From Azolla caroliniana (lineage: Eukaryota > Plantae > Polypodiophyta): a DNA stretch of 64,000 nt. Positions 48,430 to 61,400 of the stretch are shown here, in pieces. The notes beneath the pieces are model-generated. The model was given only the letters and a program-made list of their open reading frames with translations, ran no database searches and had not been told where the DNA came from. The DNA is taken from positions 3,906,001-3,970,000 of the forward strand of contig JBHGNT010000016.1 in NCBI GenBank assembly GCA_043228905.1. The letters run 5' to 3'. Position 1 is the stretch's first letter. The number at the start of each line of letters is the position of its first letter. Both the position numbers and the translations under genes were made by a program.

Positions 48430-50964
48430 CGAATTGAGCTTATACCATGATGCCGATTTGTCGAAGACTACGTCTCGAATCACCCGAACCGCTCAGGTCA
48501 AAGGGTTATAACACTTGCATGCCTTCTTCTTGGACGAGTATCCTACGAGGATACATTTCTTTGACTTCGCGTCGGGCTGCTGTCGTTGTTTGTTCGGGAT
48601 GCATACATTCGCAATGCTTCCGAACACTTTGAGGTGCGACATGATCGACTTCCTTCCAACAAGGAGCTCGTATGGAGTTAGCTCATGCACTCCATTTGTG
48701 ATGCATCAATTCATGAGATAGACGACCGTGGATGCCACTTCGGCCCAATAGAAGTTCGGCATTTGCTTCTCATGCATCATGGTGCATGCTACCTCGAGTA
48801 TTTGCCGATTCTTCCTTTCGACGACTCCATTTTGTTGGGTGTGTGTGTCGGCACGAGAATTCTCTCTAAATGCCTTCACCTTGGAGGTAGGAAATGAATT
48901 CGTTGGAGAAGTACTCCTTCCCTCCATATGATCGTAGGCATTGAATGTGCCGACTGGTTTCTTTTTCGACTTGGCCCTTGAGCTTTTGGAAGTGGGAGAA
49001 CACTTTGTTCTTCTTCTTCATTGGAAAGATCCATGTGTTGTGGGAGTAGTCGTCGATGAAGGTGATGTAGTACCGGCATCCTTTGATGATTGGTGTTTGA
49101 GCCGATCCCCATACATCCGAGTGTATGACGTCGAGGAGGTCTTTGCTTGTGTAGCTCTCCTTCGGGAATGGGAGTCGATGTTGTTTGCCGAGTTGGCATG
49201 CTTCGCATACTCGGTCAACTCGTTTCGACTCGAATGTTGGAAGTCCGATGACAACTCCCTTGGATTGCATTGCTCGAAGCCGTTGGAGGTTGATGTGGCC
49301 GATTCTCTTTTGCCACAACTCGGTGCTTGTCTCGGTTTTGCGACCTTTGGCATACATGGCCGATTTCACCTTGTTCGAATCGAGAATGAACATTCGACCG
49401 TCTCTCTGTTCCTTAGCTATGAGTCGACCATCTTTCTTGATGAAGCATCCTTTGTTGTTGAAACAAACTTGCATGCCTTGCTCCACGATTTGGCCAACTG
49501 AGACCAAATTCTTCGTTATTGTGGGCACGTGCAAGTCATTCTTGATGCAATTGTTTTGGCCATCGTTGCCGAATGGAACGTTGCCAATGTACCGAATGGG
49601 ATGTGTGGCATCGTCTCCCGTCTCTATGAAGCCGGGTCGATCCGGCATGCGCAAATCACTAAACCACTCTTCATGGGATGTTATGCGATGTGAGGCGCCG
49701 GAGTCGACGAACCACACGTCTTCCGAGCTGGAGATGCTTGTGGAGTTGGAGGCTGACATAGAGTTTGCTCTATGTCTCATTACGAATAGTCCACCGTAGT
49801 CGTCGTATTCCGAGTTGGTGGCATAATTTGTGAGTTGTCGGCTTGTCGAAGCCGACTCACTTCTCTTTTTCCGACACTCCTCTTCGTGGTGGCCGATTTT
49901 GCCACAATAGTTGCAAGTAATGCGCCACGTTTGCCGACCTTGTTTGGCATGGAGGCTCCCCCTTCTTCCGAAGGTTCCTCGATGGCTTTTGTCTTGTTGT
50001 CGAAGGTTTGAGTTCCCTTCGTGTGATGGGTCGAATCAACCTCTTCTACCGCCTTGACCTCGTCCTCAGCTATCATCCGAATTCGAGAAGAATATTTGTC
50101 TTTCTGACGTCTTGGTCTAAATTCAGACGTGGTTCTCTTCAACCATTAGCATTGATTGAAGGTTGAAGAATGAAGTAGGGTTTTCGCTCGCTAAGATTGC
50201 CGTTCTGAACGAGTCGAATCGTTGTGCGAGGCCGCTCAAGCATATTTGAACCATCTCGTCTTCGTCGACGTTTATGTTGATGGAGCCAAGCGAGTCGCAA
50301 ATGCCCATGATCTTAATGGTGTAGTTCGACACAACCATATCTTTTTGTCGGATGTTGTTCAACTCTTGTCGGAGTTGAAGCTTGCGGGCGGTCGTGTTGG
50401 CGGTGAACATCTTCTTCAAGTTCTTGCACGCCTCTTTAGGTGTCTTGGCATCTCAAATGTGGCTAAGCATGTGGTGGTAGACACATGTTGCCAAGCAATA
50501 CATTACCCGACTCGCTCCTTGCTCCCACGTTGGGTAGTTGGCGTTTGTGATGTCGGGTTTGTCTTCGAGTGCACCGGTGATGTAGCTCCAATACCCTTGG
50601 CCGACAAGGTATTGGTTCATCTTGTACTCCCAAGATGAATAATTGCTTCTGTCTAGCTTTTCACTAGGGATCGAACTACCCATTTGTGTGTTCATGTTGT
50701 TGTAATGTCTTCCCTTTTTTCTTTTCTTCCTTTGGTCACATACACGCGCTACGTAGTGGCACTACGGTAGCCGATAACCGGATTTTGTCGTCGTTGTTTC
50801 GAATGCACAATCACGGAGTCAGGTGGGCTTAGTGGATTTTGTAAACCACACGCTTTGATACCATGTTAAGAATTAGGTAATTATGCAAGGGTTAATTAGT
50901 ACCTAATTATGTGATTAAGGTCAACAAAAGATTAAGTGATATGTGTGTGAGAGGAAGAGAGAGA

Positions 50965-51715
50965 GGAAGTTAACACTTATGAACAATGAGACAAAATGGG
51001 GGATGATTAAGTATATTAGAAAGCAACCATAGCTGTTAGGCGGTGTAGCTCACGTTCCCTTATCTTCTTAATTGTTTCTACTCCACGTCGAGTTGCTTTG
51101 AAGCTCGACATCCGAGGGCGTTTGGTTGTTCTTTGCATTTCTGCTTCCTTAAGGGAGAGGCCGAGTGGTGTAGGTGTGTCCACATTCATCGTCTCCTCTT
51201 GTTCCTGAAAATTTCTATTAGTTACATGTTGGTGAATATTAGAATGATTATGGTTAACATTTTGTAGTTTTTCCTCCTTATGTTATTTTAGCTCTAAGAT
51301 ATACCCGCCTAGTCTCTTTATATCCTAGGTATCTAATAGTTTGGAGAGGGTGGGCGAGGGTCCTAGTATGTCTTGGTATTTTCCCCTTATCTCGGCATAA
51401 GTTGGACACTTGCATGGAAAGTGATACTCATCCTCTATCTCTATGTGACATAACATACATAGCCTTTCCTCTCTAGGGACTCCATTAGTACGACCATTCT
51501 CAATTTCAAGTTGGTGAGATGATATCCTAAGTTGTCCAATGGCCACCCTTAGTGCATTTGTCAAGAATGTATCTAGATATTTTGGTCGTGTAATAAACCT
51601 AGCTTAGAGAAGTGCATGAGGTGTTCATTATAGTACAACGTTTTAGATGGGAGTGGCTCTCGTGGGGTGATCCATTTATATCGTGCATAGAGAGAGAGAA
51701 TTAGAATTAGACTTA
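50965..51715 (-). mobile_element. LINE (RTE/L2-like) 3' remnant
   Basis: ORF 51325-51564 QLRISSHQLEIENGR...RLCMLC...EDEYHF..KCPTY resembles a LINE ORF2 C-terminal CCHC region. Confidence 0.7.
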
Positions 51716-51944
51716 GAATTTTTATCGTCCATAAAGAGGCCAATTTTGACCTATGGGACCAGAGTATACATGTGTTCTTGATATATGTCTCCTTCCTAAG
51801 AAGGGGTATTCATACGTTGAAACACAAAGTCTCTATGTGTTAGTAAAGCATACACATATGAGCTCAACCTTCTAGGTGGTGTCTGCATATCTTGAAAGAA
51901 TTGCACTATATGTTGAGCATGTGAAGAGCAAGTGACATTCATCC

Positions 51945-54900
51945 TGTTGAGCGGCAAGCTCAACCGGAGCCAGATCGGCTGAATAAGCCTGAGCCGGTAA
52001 GCGAGATGAATCGGTATGCCAATGAGCAACCGAGCCGGTAAGCAGTAAGGACTGGTGAGCTGGGGAGCCGGTATGCCGGATCCAATCCGTAACCGGAAGC
52101 CTAGTATAGGTTAGACTACTAAGCAGTTATAGTCTCGTAATTAGTGTCAGATGCTCGTGTGAGCATTGAAGTACACCGTACTTCTAACAGTCCCGTGTGG
52201 ACTTGTATAAATAGCGCTGATGAGCGCGTTGTAGAAACAGAGAGCACAGAGTATTCATATAATTTTGAAAAATAGTGTGTCCTACTCTCTCTCTCTCTCT
52301 CTTTGTGTATTGTTCTTTCTAACGCTTCCGCAAGCAATATTTTACATGGTATCAGAGCGCGTGGGTTGAGAACCTCTGCTGCAGACATCTACGCTTGTGA
52401 AGGAAACCCTAACGATCGGAAAACAGACACAAAAGCAGAAATGGACAGAGGTATGGCTACGTCGCTCTCGGTGGAGAAGCTTGACAGAACCAACTACGCA
52501 TCTTGGTCATACAAGATGCACTAGTACCTGCTTGGGCATGGCTACTGGAGTTATGTTGACGGAGTGAACGACTCAACACCGGAGACGACACACAAGGAAT
52601 TCCCAGTGTGGGAACATGCGGCAAGCAGGGTGATGTACTGCTTCGCGTCAAGTGTCGGTGACCAGCTGCTCAACCATATCCGTGACGCCAAGACATCGAA
52701 GGATGCTTGGGGAAACTTGAAAAAGGTCTTCGCCGCAAGCACCACTGCCCGGAAGCTTCAACTCAGACAGGAGTTGAGCAATGTTCGATAGAAGAACATG
52801 TCGGTGGCAGATTACACAGCCCGGATCAAAGGGATCTGTGACTCACTTGCCTCTATTAACGTCACCGTAGAGGAAGATGAGATGGTGCAAGTCTGTCTTG
52901 GAGGCCTGGCATCCAAGTTCGGAGCCTTCCGGACTGCGGTTTGTACAAGGGAGAATACACCCTCATTTTTCGACTTACAGTCGATGCTCCTTGTAGAGGA
53001 GAACCACGCCAGTGCATCTATCGGTGCATCCCCAGACAGCCAGATGTTGTACACGGGAGCGGATCGGTCCCGCGGGCGTGGTGGACGAGGCATGTCAGCA
53101 CGCAATGGAGGCGGCCGGCAAGAGCAGGAACGAAGGCACAGTGAGCGTGCCAACAATAGTTCCGGGACTTCCACAAGCAGAGGGAGTCAAGGTGGTGCCG
53201 GAGACCGGCAAGACAAATCCGCTATGGAATGTTGGTATTGTGGCAAAAAGGGCCACAGGGAAAGCGGGTGCTGGAGAAAGCGTGCCGATTCGGACAAATC
53301 CGGATCCGGCAAGACCGGTAAAGAAGGCCGACAAAGCTTGACTACGCAAACGGATCGGGAGGATCCAAGAACGGTAAGGGGCTAGCCTTGGTGATGAAGC
53401 ACAAGGCAAACTCAATGAAGAAGACCACTTCCAAATCGGAGGAAGTGTGGTACGTTGACTCCGGCGCATTGAACCACATGACGAGCCACGAGGAGTGGTT
53501 CTCCTTTTTGGAGAAGCCGGATCAACCGGGAGTTGTCGAAACCGGAGACGACACTCCCCACCCGATCGTGCACGTCGGAGAAGTTCCTTTGAGCCACGTC
53601 GGACAGAGGGGGAAGCTGATGAATGTATTACATGTTCCGACGATCACGAAGAACCTGGTGTCGGTCGGACAGATCGTCGACTAGGGGATACAGGTGCGGT
53701 TTACGCACCTCGGGTGCTTCATTGAGGATGAGGGCGAAGTTATTGCGCAAGGGCGCAGAGATGGGAGGATGTTTATCCTCAACACCAATGACGTCGGCAC
53801 CGCACTGTTCGCCAAAGGACAGAAGGTCGAGTCGGATATCGACTTGTGGCACAAGCGGATCGGCCACGTCAACTACCGGAGGCTTCAAGACCTGCAAACG
53901 GAACAAGTCGTTTTCGGTTTGCCGAAGTTTAGCGGCCGGAGAGACCAGATTTGTGAAGCCTGCCAACTCGGAAAGCAACACTGGCTTCCATTCCCCACCG
54001 AAATAAATCGAAGCCGTAACAAGCTCGATCTTGTCCATTTAGATGTATGGGGACCGACACAAAATGTTAGCGTTGGCAGGAGTTGATATTTCGTCTCCTT
54101 CATCGACGACTACACGCGGCATACGTGGATCTACCTCATTGAGTGGAAGAGGGAAGTCTTCGAGTGTTTCCGGAGCCTCCAGAAGATGGTGGAATGGGAA
54201 TCGGAGAGGAAGATCAAATGCCTACGGTCGGATGGCGGAAAAGAGTACTTTTCCGGCCAATTCAACAACTATCTGCAACAAAAAGGAATTCGGTGAGAAT
54301 TTAGCTGCAGATACACACCGCAATAGAACGGTGTGGCCGAAAGGAAGAATCGGTCGCTGATTGACGCGACTAGGGCAATGCTGGAGGAAAAGAGCATGCC
54401 CAAGTTCTACTGGGTGGAGGCGGTCCAAACGGCCGTTTACATCCAGAACCGGATCGGGGACAAGGTGTAAGCTCACGAGCTGTATTTCGGGCGCAAGCCG
54501 AATTTGAGACACCTCTGGATATTTGGCAACATAGCCTATGTACATGTGCCGGATGAGAAGCGGAGAAAGCTGGATGCAAAATCGGAAAAATGCATCCTAG
54601 TCGGCTATGCTCAAGAGCAAAAGGGGTATAAGTGTTATAACCCCTGGACAAAGCAGGTCCGAGTCAGCCGAGATGTCGAGTTTGATGAATCGGCATTGTG
54701 GTATTCCTTACCAACTCCGACTTCCGATCCCGAACCGATGTCGGAGGATAGGGCTAGTGAGCCTAAATCGACCCAGGTAGAGAAAGATGAAGCCGAGACT
54801 CAAGATGAGAGTCCGGAATTGTTCTGGTTAAGCGGACCAAATGAGAGACAGGATCAGTCCAACTAGTCGGATGATGAGACGGCGAGTAGTGGAGACTCTG

Positions 54901-57854
54901 TCGTGCTCTCCTCGCGAAAGTAACCGAGGAGACGGTTCACACGCAAAGAGAAAGGGAAGTAGAAGATGCCGGAGTTCGAGACCGGCAATGATGAGTTGGA
55001 TCGGTGCGTACTTGACTTCGGCAAGGACATAGGCAGATCTTTGGGAATGAAGACCGAACCAGCCAAGAAGGGTCTCATACTAGCTAACGGTGAGTTACGC
55101 CGGTCCACCCGCCAGAAGGATCCCGTTAAACGGTACGGGTATAACGAGTACATGGCGCATCATTATGCGTACATGACCAAGGTCGCGGAAGTGCGTGAGC
55201 CGGAGAGCTACGTAGAAGCGGCAAAGGACACGAATTGGCGTGCCGCTATGGAGGAAGAAATGTGGGCACTGGATGCCAACAGAACTTGGGACCTGGTTGA
55301 CCCTCCCCGTCACTGTAAACCGATCGGATGCAAGTGGGTGTACAAGGTAAAGTACAATGCCGACGGTACAGTTAATCGGTACAAGGCCCGGTTAGTGGCG
55401 AAGGGATATGCGCATACCCACAGAATCGACTACGACGAGACCTTCGCTCCTGTAGCGAAGATGAAGATGGTTCGTGTGGTACTGGCGGTTGCTACGGCAA
55501 GGGGGTGGCATCTTCATCAGATGGATGTGAAGAATGCCTTCCTTCAAGGAGATCTTGAAGAAGAAGTCTTTATGACTCAGCCCCTCGGATTTCAATCGGA
55601 GGTGATATGCCGGTTGAGGAAGTCGTTGTACGGCTTGAAGCAAGCCCCCCGTGCTTGGAATGCTAAGATCACGCACCGGTTGCGAAAGATGGGGTTTGTT
55701 GCCTCTAAGTCGGACTCTTCCCTGTTTATCCGTCAAGGCTCAAACGGTCCGGTATGTATCTTACACTATGTTGATGATTTAGTCATCACTGGCTCAGGTC
55801 TTCCGGAAATCAACCGCGTCAAGTCCTAGTTGTCGGACGCATTCGATATGAAGGACTTGGGGGACCTTCATTATTTTTTGGGGATCGAGGTGATCTGCAC
55901 CCCCGACGGCATATTGCTTTCTCAACGCCATTATGTGTTGAATATACTGTACAAGTTCGGCATGACGGAATGCCGACCTGTCTCCACAGCCCTGGACCGG
56001 AATCAGAAGATCCGTCCCAACTCTGGACCAACCTGTGATGAGAAAAGGTTTCGACAAATAGTCGGAAGCCTGATCTACTTGACCATCACCCGACCCGACA
56101 TTAGCTATCTGGTCGGAGTGGTAAGCCAATTCATGCAGAAGCCGATCGTGGAGCACCTTCAGTGCGTGCAATGAATATTGAGGTATGTAAGCAGCACTAA
56201 GGACCGGGGGCTCTTATACCGGCAAGGCATAACCGAAGAGCTTGTCGGCTACACGGATGCCGACTGGGCTAGCGATGCAACGGATCGTCGCTCAACTTCC
56301 GGCTTTATGTTTTCTCTTGGGAGTGCGACTGTTGCGTGGAGCAGTAGAAAGCAGCCAACAGTGGCTCTATCCAGCACTGAGGCTGAATACCGGGGCACGA
56401 CCGTTGCCACCTGCGAAGCCATTTGGCTTCGGCGACTACTGCAAGACCTGCGGATCGAGGTACCGACCCCGATCCTGATCTACTGCGATAACCTCAGTAG
56501 CATGCAGCTTGCCAAGAACCCTGTGTTCCATGCTCGCACAAAGCACATAGAAGTGCATTATCACTTCGTGCGTGAGTGGGTTCTGAGCGGTGAAGTTGAA
56601 CTACGGTATGTTCACACGGATCGGCAAGTTGCCGACATCTTACCAAGCTGCTCGGGTCGGACAAGTTGCAGCACTTTACCGAAATGCTTGGTGTTTAGCA
56701 TCTCGACGTGCCGCACTTGAGGGGGAGACGCAAGGGCAAAGACACTACCGAAACGGGCAAAGGCAAAAATACTGTTGAACCCGTAGGTAAGAGAAGAACC
56801 GGTAGAGGTGGAGACAAGAAGAAAAATGAAGCCAAGTCGACGAAGGAAGTCGGCACATCTGAACAGGTCGGAGTGAGCGGTTGTGAAGAAGAAGTGTATA
56901 CTCAAGAAGAGAAGTGCATGCTATGCGGAGGTCATCACGATCGTAATGGCCATGATGCGGAGTTGAATGAAGAATTCGACTTCGGTGAACCAACTGAAGA
57001 AGCCAAGGGAAGCACGGAGAAGGCCAAGACCCGGACGTGGTCCGATGTGGTTTGAGGCCTGAAGCCGAAAATCGAATCAGAGGATACCGATTCGGACAAG
57101 AGCTGGAATGAGTCGGAGACAGCCGATTCGGATCAACGGACGGATCCGGATGAGTCGGATCAACGAGAGGCCAAGGAGACACGGACGCAGCGGAAGTGGA
57201 TGCCACCACGGAGGAACCGACGGATCGGCAAGCGCCGGAGTCATAACAGCGAAGGAGCTGAGATGGGCCTATTGAGCAGACATGCCGAAGGTCGAGGCGC
57301 GCAGAACCAAAGGGGTCGCAGCAAATGGGACCGGACCGGACAAGGAGCGCGAGCAAGGCAAAGCGACGCCAGGAGAAGTCGGTTGGAAGAATCGGTTGCC
57401 ACAGAGGTTGACACTATGACCCTACCTCAGGTTGAGCTTGAGGGGGAGTGTTGAGCAGCAAGCTCAACCGGAGCCGGATCGGCTGAATAAGCTTGAGCCG
57501 ATAAGCGAGATGAATCGGTATGCCGGTGAGCAACCGAGCCGGTAAGCAGTAAGGACCGATGAGCTGGGGAGCCGGTATGCCGGATCCAATCCGTAACCGG
57601 AAGCCTAGTGTAGGTTAGACTACTAAGCAGTTATAGTCTCGTAGTTAGTGTCAGATGCTCGTGTGAGCATTGAAGTACACCGTACTTCTAACAGTCCCGT
57701 GTGGACTTGTATAAATAGCGCTGATGAGTGCGTTGTAGAAACAGAGAGCACAAAGTATTCATATAATTTTGAAAAATAGTGTGTCCTGCTCTCTCTCTCT
57801 CTCTCTCTCTTTGTGTATTATTCTTTCTAACGCTTCCGCAAGCAATCTTTTACA
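51945..57854 (+). mobile_element. Full-length Ty1/copia retrotransposon (inactivated by stops)
   Basis: LTRs 51945-52346 and 57449-57854 (about 15 substitutions by eye), PBS TGGTATCAGAGC at 52347, gag-PR-INT-RT-RH (CWYCGKKGH, WYVDSGA, HQMDVKNAFL, YVDDL, KHIEVHYH), PPT at 57437-57448, TSD ATCC. Confidence 0.97.
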
Positions 57855-57998
57855 ATCCTCTACCATGCCTTCATTGCATACTTTACATGTCTTCAAATTC
57901 GTTACATTTTGATACCATGATGCAACTTCAATACCTAACTTGTGAGATTGAGTGCGAAGTAGTGTAAGGGCTCTACGAGCATTACTACTCATATTGGT

Positions 57999-58401
57999 TG
58001 TAAACGTAAGTGTTTGTGGAAGCGTAAAACAGAGAACAACAGAGAGAGAGAGAGAGAGACAGAGAGAGAGAGCAGAACACAATTTCAAAATTATATCAAG
58101 ACTCTGTACACACACTGTGCTAAGTAGCACTATTTATACAAGTCCTCTTGGGACTGACAGAAGTACCATGTACTTCAATGCTCACACGAGCATCTGACAC
58201 TTACTACGAGACTATAGCTACCTAGTAGTCTATCCTATACTAGGCTTCCGATTGGACTTCCGGTTACGGATTGCACTCGGCCTCCACTGCTTGCCGGTTC
58301 GGTTGCTCACCGTCATACCGATCCGTTTCGCTCGATCCGTCTCGCTTACCGGCTCCGGCTTATTTAGCCGATCCGGCTCCGGTTGAGCTTGCCGCTCAAC
58401 A
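57999..58401 (-). mobile_element. Solo LTR of the same copia family, inverted
   Basis: The reverse complement begins TGTTGAGCGGCAAGCTCAACCGGAGCCGGATCGG, like the 51945 LTR. Flanks TTGGT/TTTGT. Confidence 0.9.
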
Positions 58402-58430
58402 TTTGTAATGACATAAGATTGGATACAATA

Positions 58431-61400
58431 TGTTGAGCGAGCAAGCTCAACCAGATCCAGATCGGCTGAATAAGCCTGAGCCAGATCGGCATTCGGAAGG
58501 ATGAGCTGGATCAGGGAGCCGTATCCAGATGGTATTCAGAAACAACCGGCCCGATTAGGGAGCCGACATTTGCTTCCGTAGATGAACCCTAGAACTCGGT
58601 AACAATAAATAGAGAGAAGATATGGATAGAGGAATGGCGAGTTCACTTCCAACAAAGAATCTCAACCAGAGCAACTATGTGTCCTAGTCATATAAAATGC
58701 ACCAGTACCTGTTGGGGCATGGATATTGGAGCTTCGTGGAAGGAACAAATGAAGTAGCACCGGAGCCGTCACACAAAGACTTCCCGGTATGGGAGCACGG
58801 AGCGAGTCGGGTACTATACTGCTTCGCGTCCGGTGTGCATGATCAAATGCTTAGCTACATCAAGGATGCAAAGATGCCGAAGGAGGCTTGGGAAAATCTA
58901 CGGAAGATTTTTGCTGCAAGTACCACAGCTCGTAAGTTGCAGCTTCGGCAAGAGCTAAACAACATCCGGCAAAGAGACATGTCGGTTACGGACTACACCA
59001 TCAAGATAAAGGAGATTTGCGATGCACTCGGGTCCATCAACATGACGGTGGACAAAGACGAGATGGTACAAATCTGCCGTGGTGGTCTAGCACAAAGATA
59101 CGGGCCAATCCAGACAACAATCTGCACCCAGGAGAAACCACCGTCCTTCTTCGACTTGCAATAGATGCTAATGGTTGAAGAAAACAATGTGAGTGGGTCA
59201 AGGACCACTCAATCGGACGACCGAATGCTGTACACGGAGACAGATCAGCCCCATGGACGTGGTGGACGAGGTGGGTCGGCACGCAATGGAGGCAGCTGAC
59301 AAGAGCAAGATCAGAGGCATAGAGGTTGTGCTGACAGTAGTTCTGGACCCTCCACAAGCAGGGGGAATCAACACGATGCCGGGAACCGGCAAGGAAAAGC
59401 CGACACGGAATGCTAGTATTGTGGCAAAAAGGGCCACAGGGAAAGCGAGTGTTGGAAGAAGCGCACCGATTCGGACAAATCCAGATTTGGCAAAACCGGT
59501 TGGGAGAATCGGCAAAGCTCGGACCACGTGGAAGGATCAAAAGGATCCGGAACCAGAAAAACCGGTAAAGGGCCAACCTTCGTGATGAAGCACAAGGCTA
59601 ACTCGATGAAGAAGACTACTTTTGGATCGGAGGAAGTATGGTACATTGATTCTGGAGCGTCCAACCACATGACGAGCCATGAAGAGTGGTTCTCTTTTTT
59701 GGAGAAACTGGAACAACCGGGGATTGTCGAAACCGGAGACGACACCCCTTACCCGATTGTGCATGTCGGAGAAGTCCCTTTAAGCCATGTCGGACAAAAG
59801 GAGAAATGGATGAACGTACTACACGTTCCGACTATCACAAAGAACCTGGTGTCAGTTGGACAAATCGTCGACCATGGGATGTAGGTGCGGTTTACGCACC
59901 TAGGGTGCTTCATCAAGGAAGAGGGCCGGATAATTGCGCAAGGGCGCAGAGACGGGAGGATGTTCATCCTCAACACTAATGATGTCGGCACCGCTATGTT
60001 TGCGAAAGGGCAGAAGGTCAAATCGGACATCGACCTGTGGCACAAGTGGATCGGCCACATCAATTATCGGAGGCATCAAGACCTGCAATCGAAACAAGTC
60101 GTTTTCGGTTTGCTGAAATTTAGCGGCCGGAAGGCCAAAATTTGTGAAGCTTGCTAGCTCGGGAAGCAACACCGGCTTCCATTCCCCACCGATCGAAACC
60201 GGAGCCATAACAAGCTCAATTTAATCCATTTGGATGTATGGGGACTGGCACAAAACGTTAGTCTTGGCGGGAGTCGGTATTTCGTCTCCTTCATCGACGA
60301 CTATAGCTGCCACACATGGATCTACCTCATCGAGAGGAAGAGCGAAAACCTTCAAAGCTTGGTTGAACGAGAAACGGAGAGGAAGATCAAGTGCCTGCGG
60401 TCAGATGGCGGGAAAGAGTACTTTTCCGGCCAATTCAACATTTATCTGCAGCAGAACAGAATTTGGAGAGAATTTAATTGCAGGTACACACCGGAGCAAA
60501 ACGGTGTGGCCGAAAGGAAGAATCAGTCAATTGTCAACGCGGCAAGGCAATGCTGGAGGAGAAGAGCATGCCCCATTTCTACTGGACCGAGGCGGTGCGG
60601 ACAGCCGTCTACATCCAAAACCACATCGGTGACAAGGTGTTAGCACATGAGTTGTATTTTGGACGAAAACCGAATTTGAGACACCTTCGGATATTCGGTA
60701 GCATAGCATATGTGCATGTACCGGATGAGTAGGGAAGGAAGCTGGATCTGAAGTTGGAGAAGTGTATTCTAGTCAGTTACTCACATGAGCAAAAGGGGTA
60801 TAAGTGCTATAACCCCCAGACTAAGCAGGTCCGAGTAAGCCTAGATGTCGAGTTTGATGAAACGGCATCATGGTACTCCTTACCGACTCCAACTTTCGAC
60901 GAAGACCCGATTCCGGAAGATGAGGCTAGTGAGCCCGAGGAGGTCCAGGTAGAAGATGAAGACTTCGGCACTCTAGAAGAGAGTCTGATCTCATTCCGGC
61001 TAAGTGGACCGAATGAGCGGCTGAGTCGGGATGACCAGCCAGATGAGGAACCAGCGAGTAGTGGAGACTCTGCCGTGCTCTCCCCGCGCAAGGAACCGAG
61101 GAGATGGTTTATGAGTAAAGAGAAGGGGAAGAAGAAGATGCCGGAATACGAAACCGGCAACGTTGAGTCGGATCGGAGCGAATCCGACTCTGGAAAGGAT
61201 GAAGGCGGATCTTCGGGAATGAAGTCCGAACCGGCCAAGAAGGGCCCCAAACCGGGTGATCCAAGTTATGTTGGTCTTCCCGCCTGAAGAACCCCGTTAT
61301 GCGGTATGGGTACAATGAGTACATGGTGCATCATTATGCGTTCATGACTAAGGTGGCGGAAGTGCGTGAGCCGGAGAGCTACGCAGAAGTGGCAAAGGAG

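Larger units (their letters stand above)
46040..50962 (-). mobile_element. Ty1/copia element lacking RT-RNase H, carrying two nested solo LTRs
   Basis: 3' LTR 46040-47013, PPT 47014-47025, INT/PR/gag fragments 48490-50695 (WFVDSGAS, VIHSDVW, QNGVVER), PBS 50852-50863, and a 5' LTR remnant from 50864 that matches the 46040 LTR. Confidence 0.92.

Noticed and set aside
56745-57356. 203-aa antisense ORF in the copia 3' region
   Set aside because: Not clearly conserved as one frame in the second copy; explained as the shadow of a purine-rich sense ORF.
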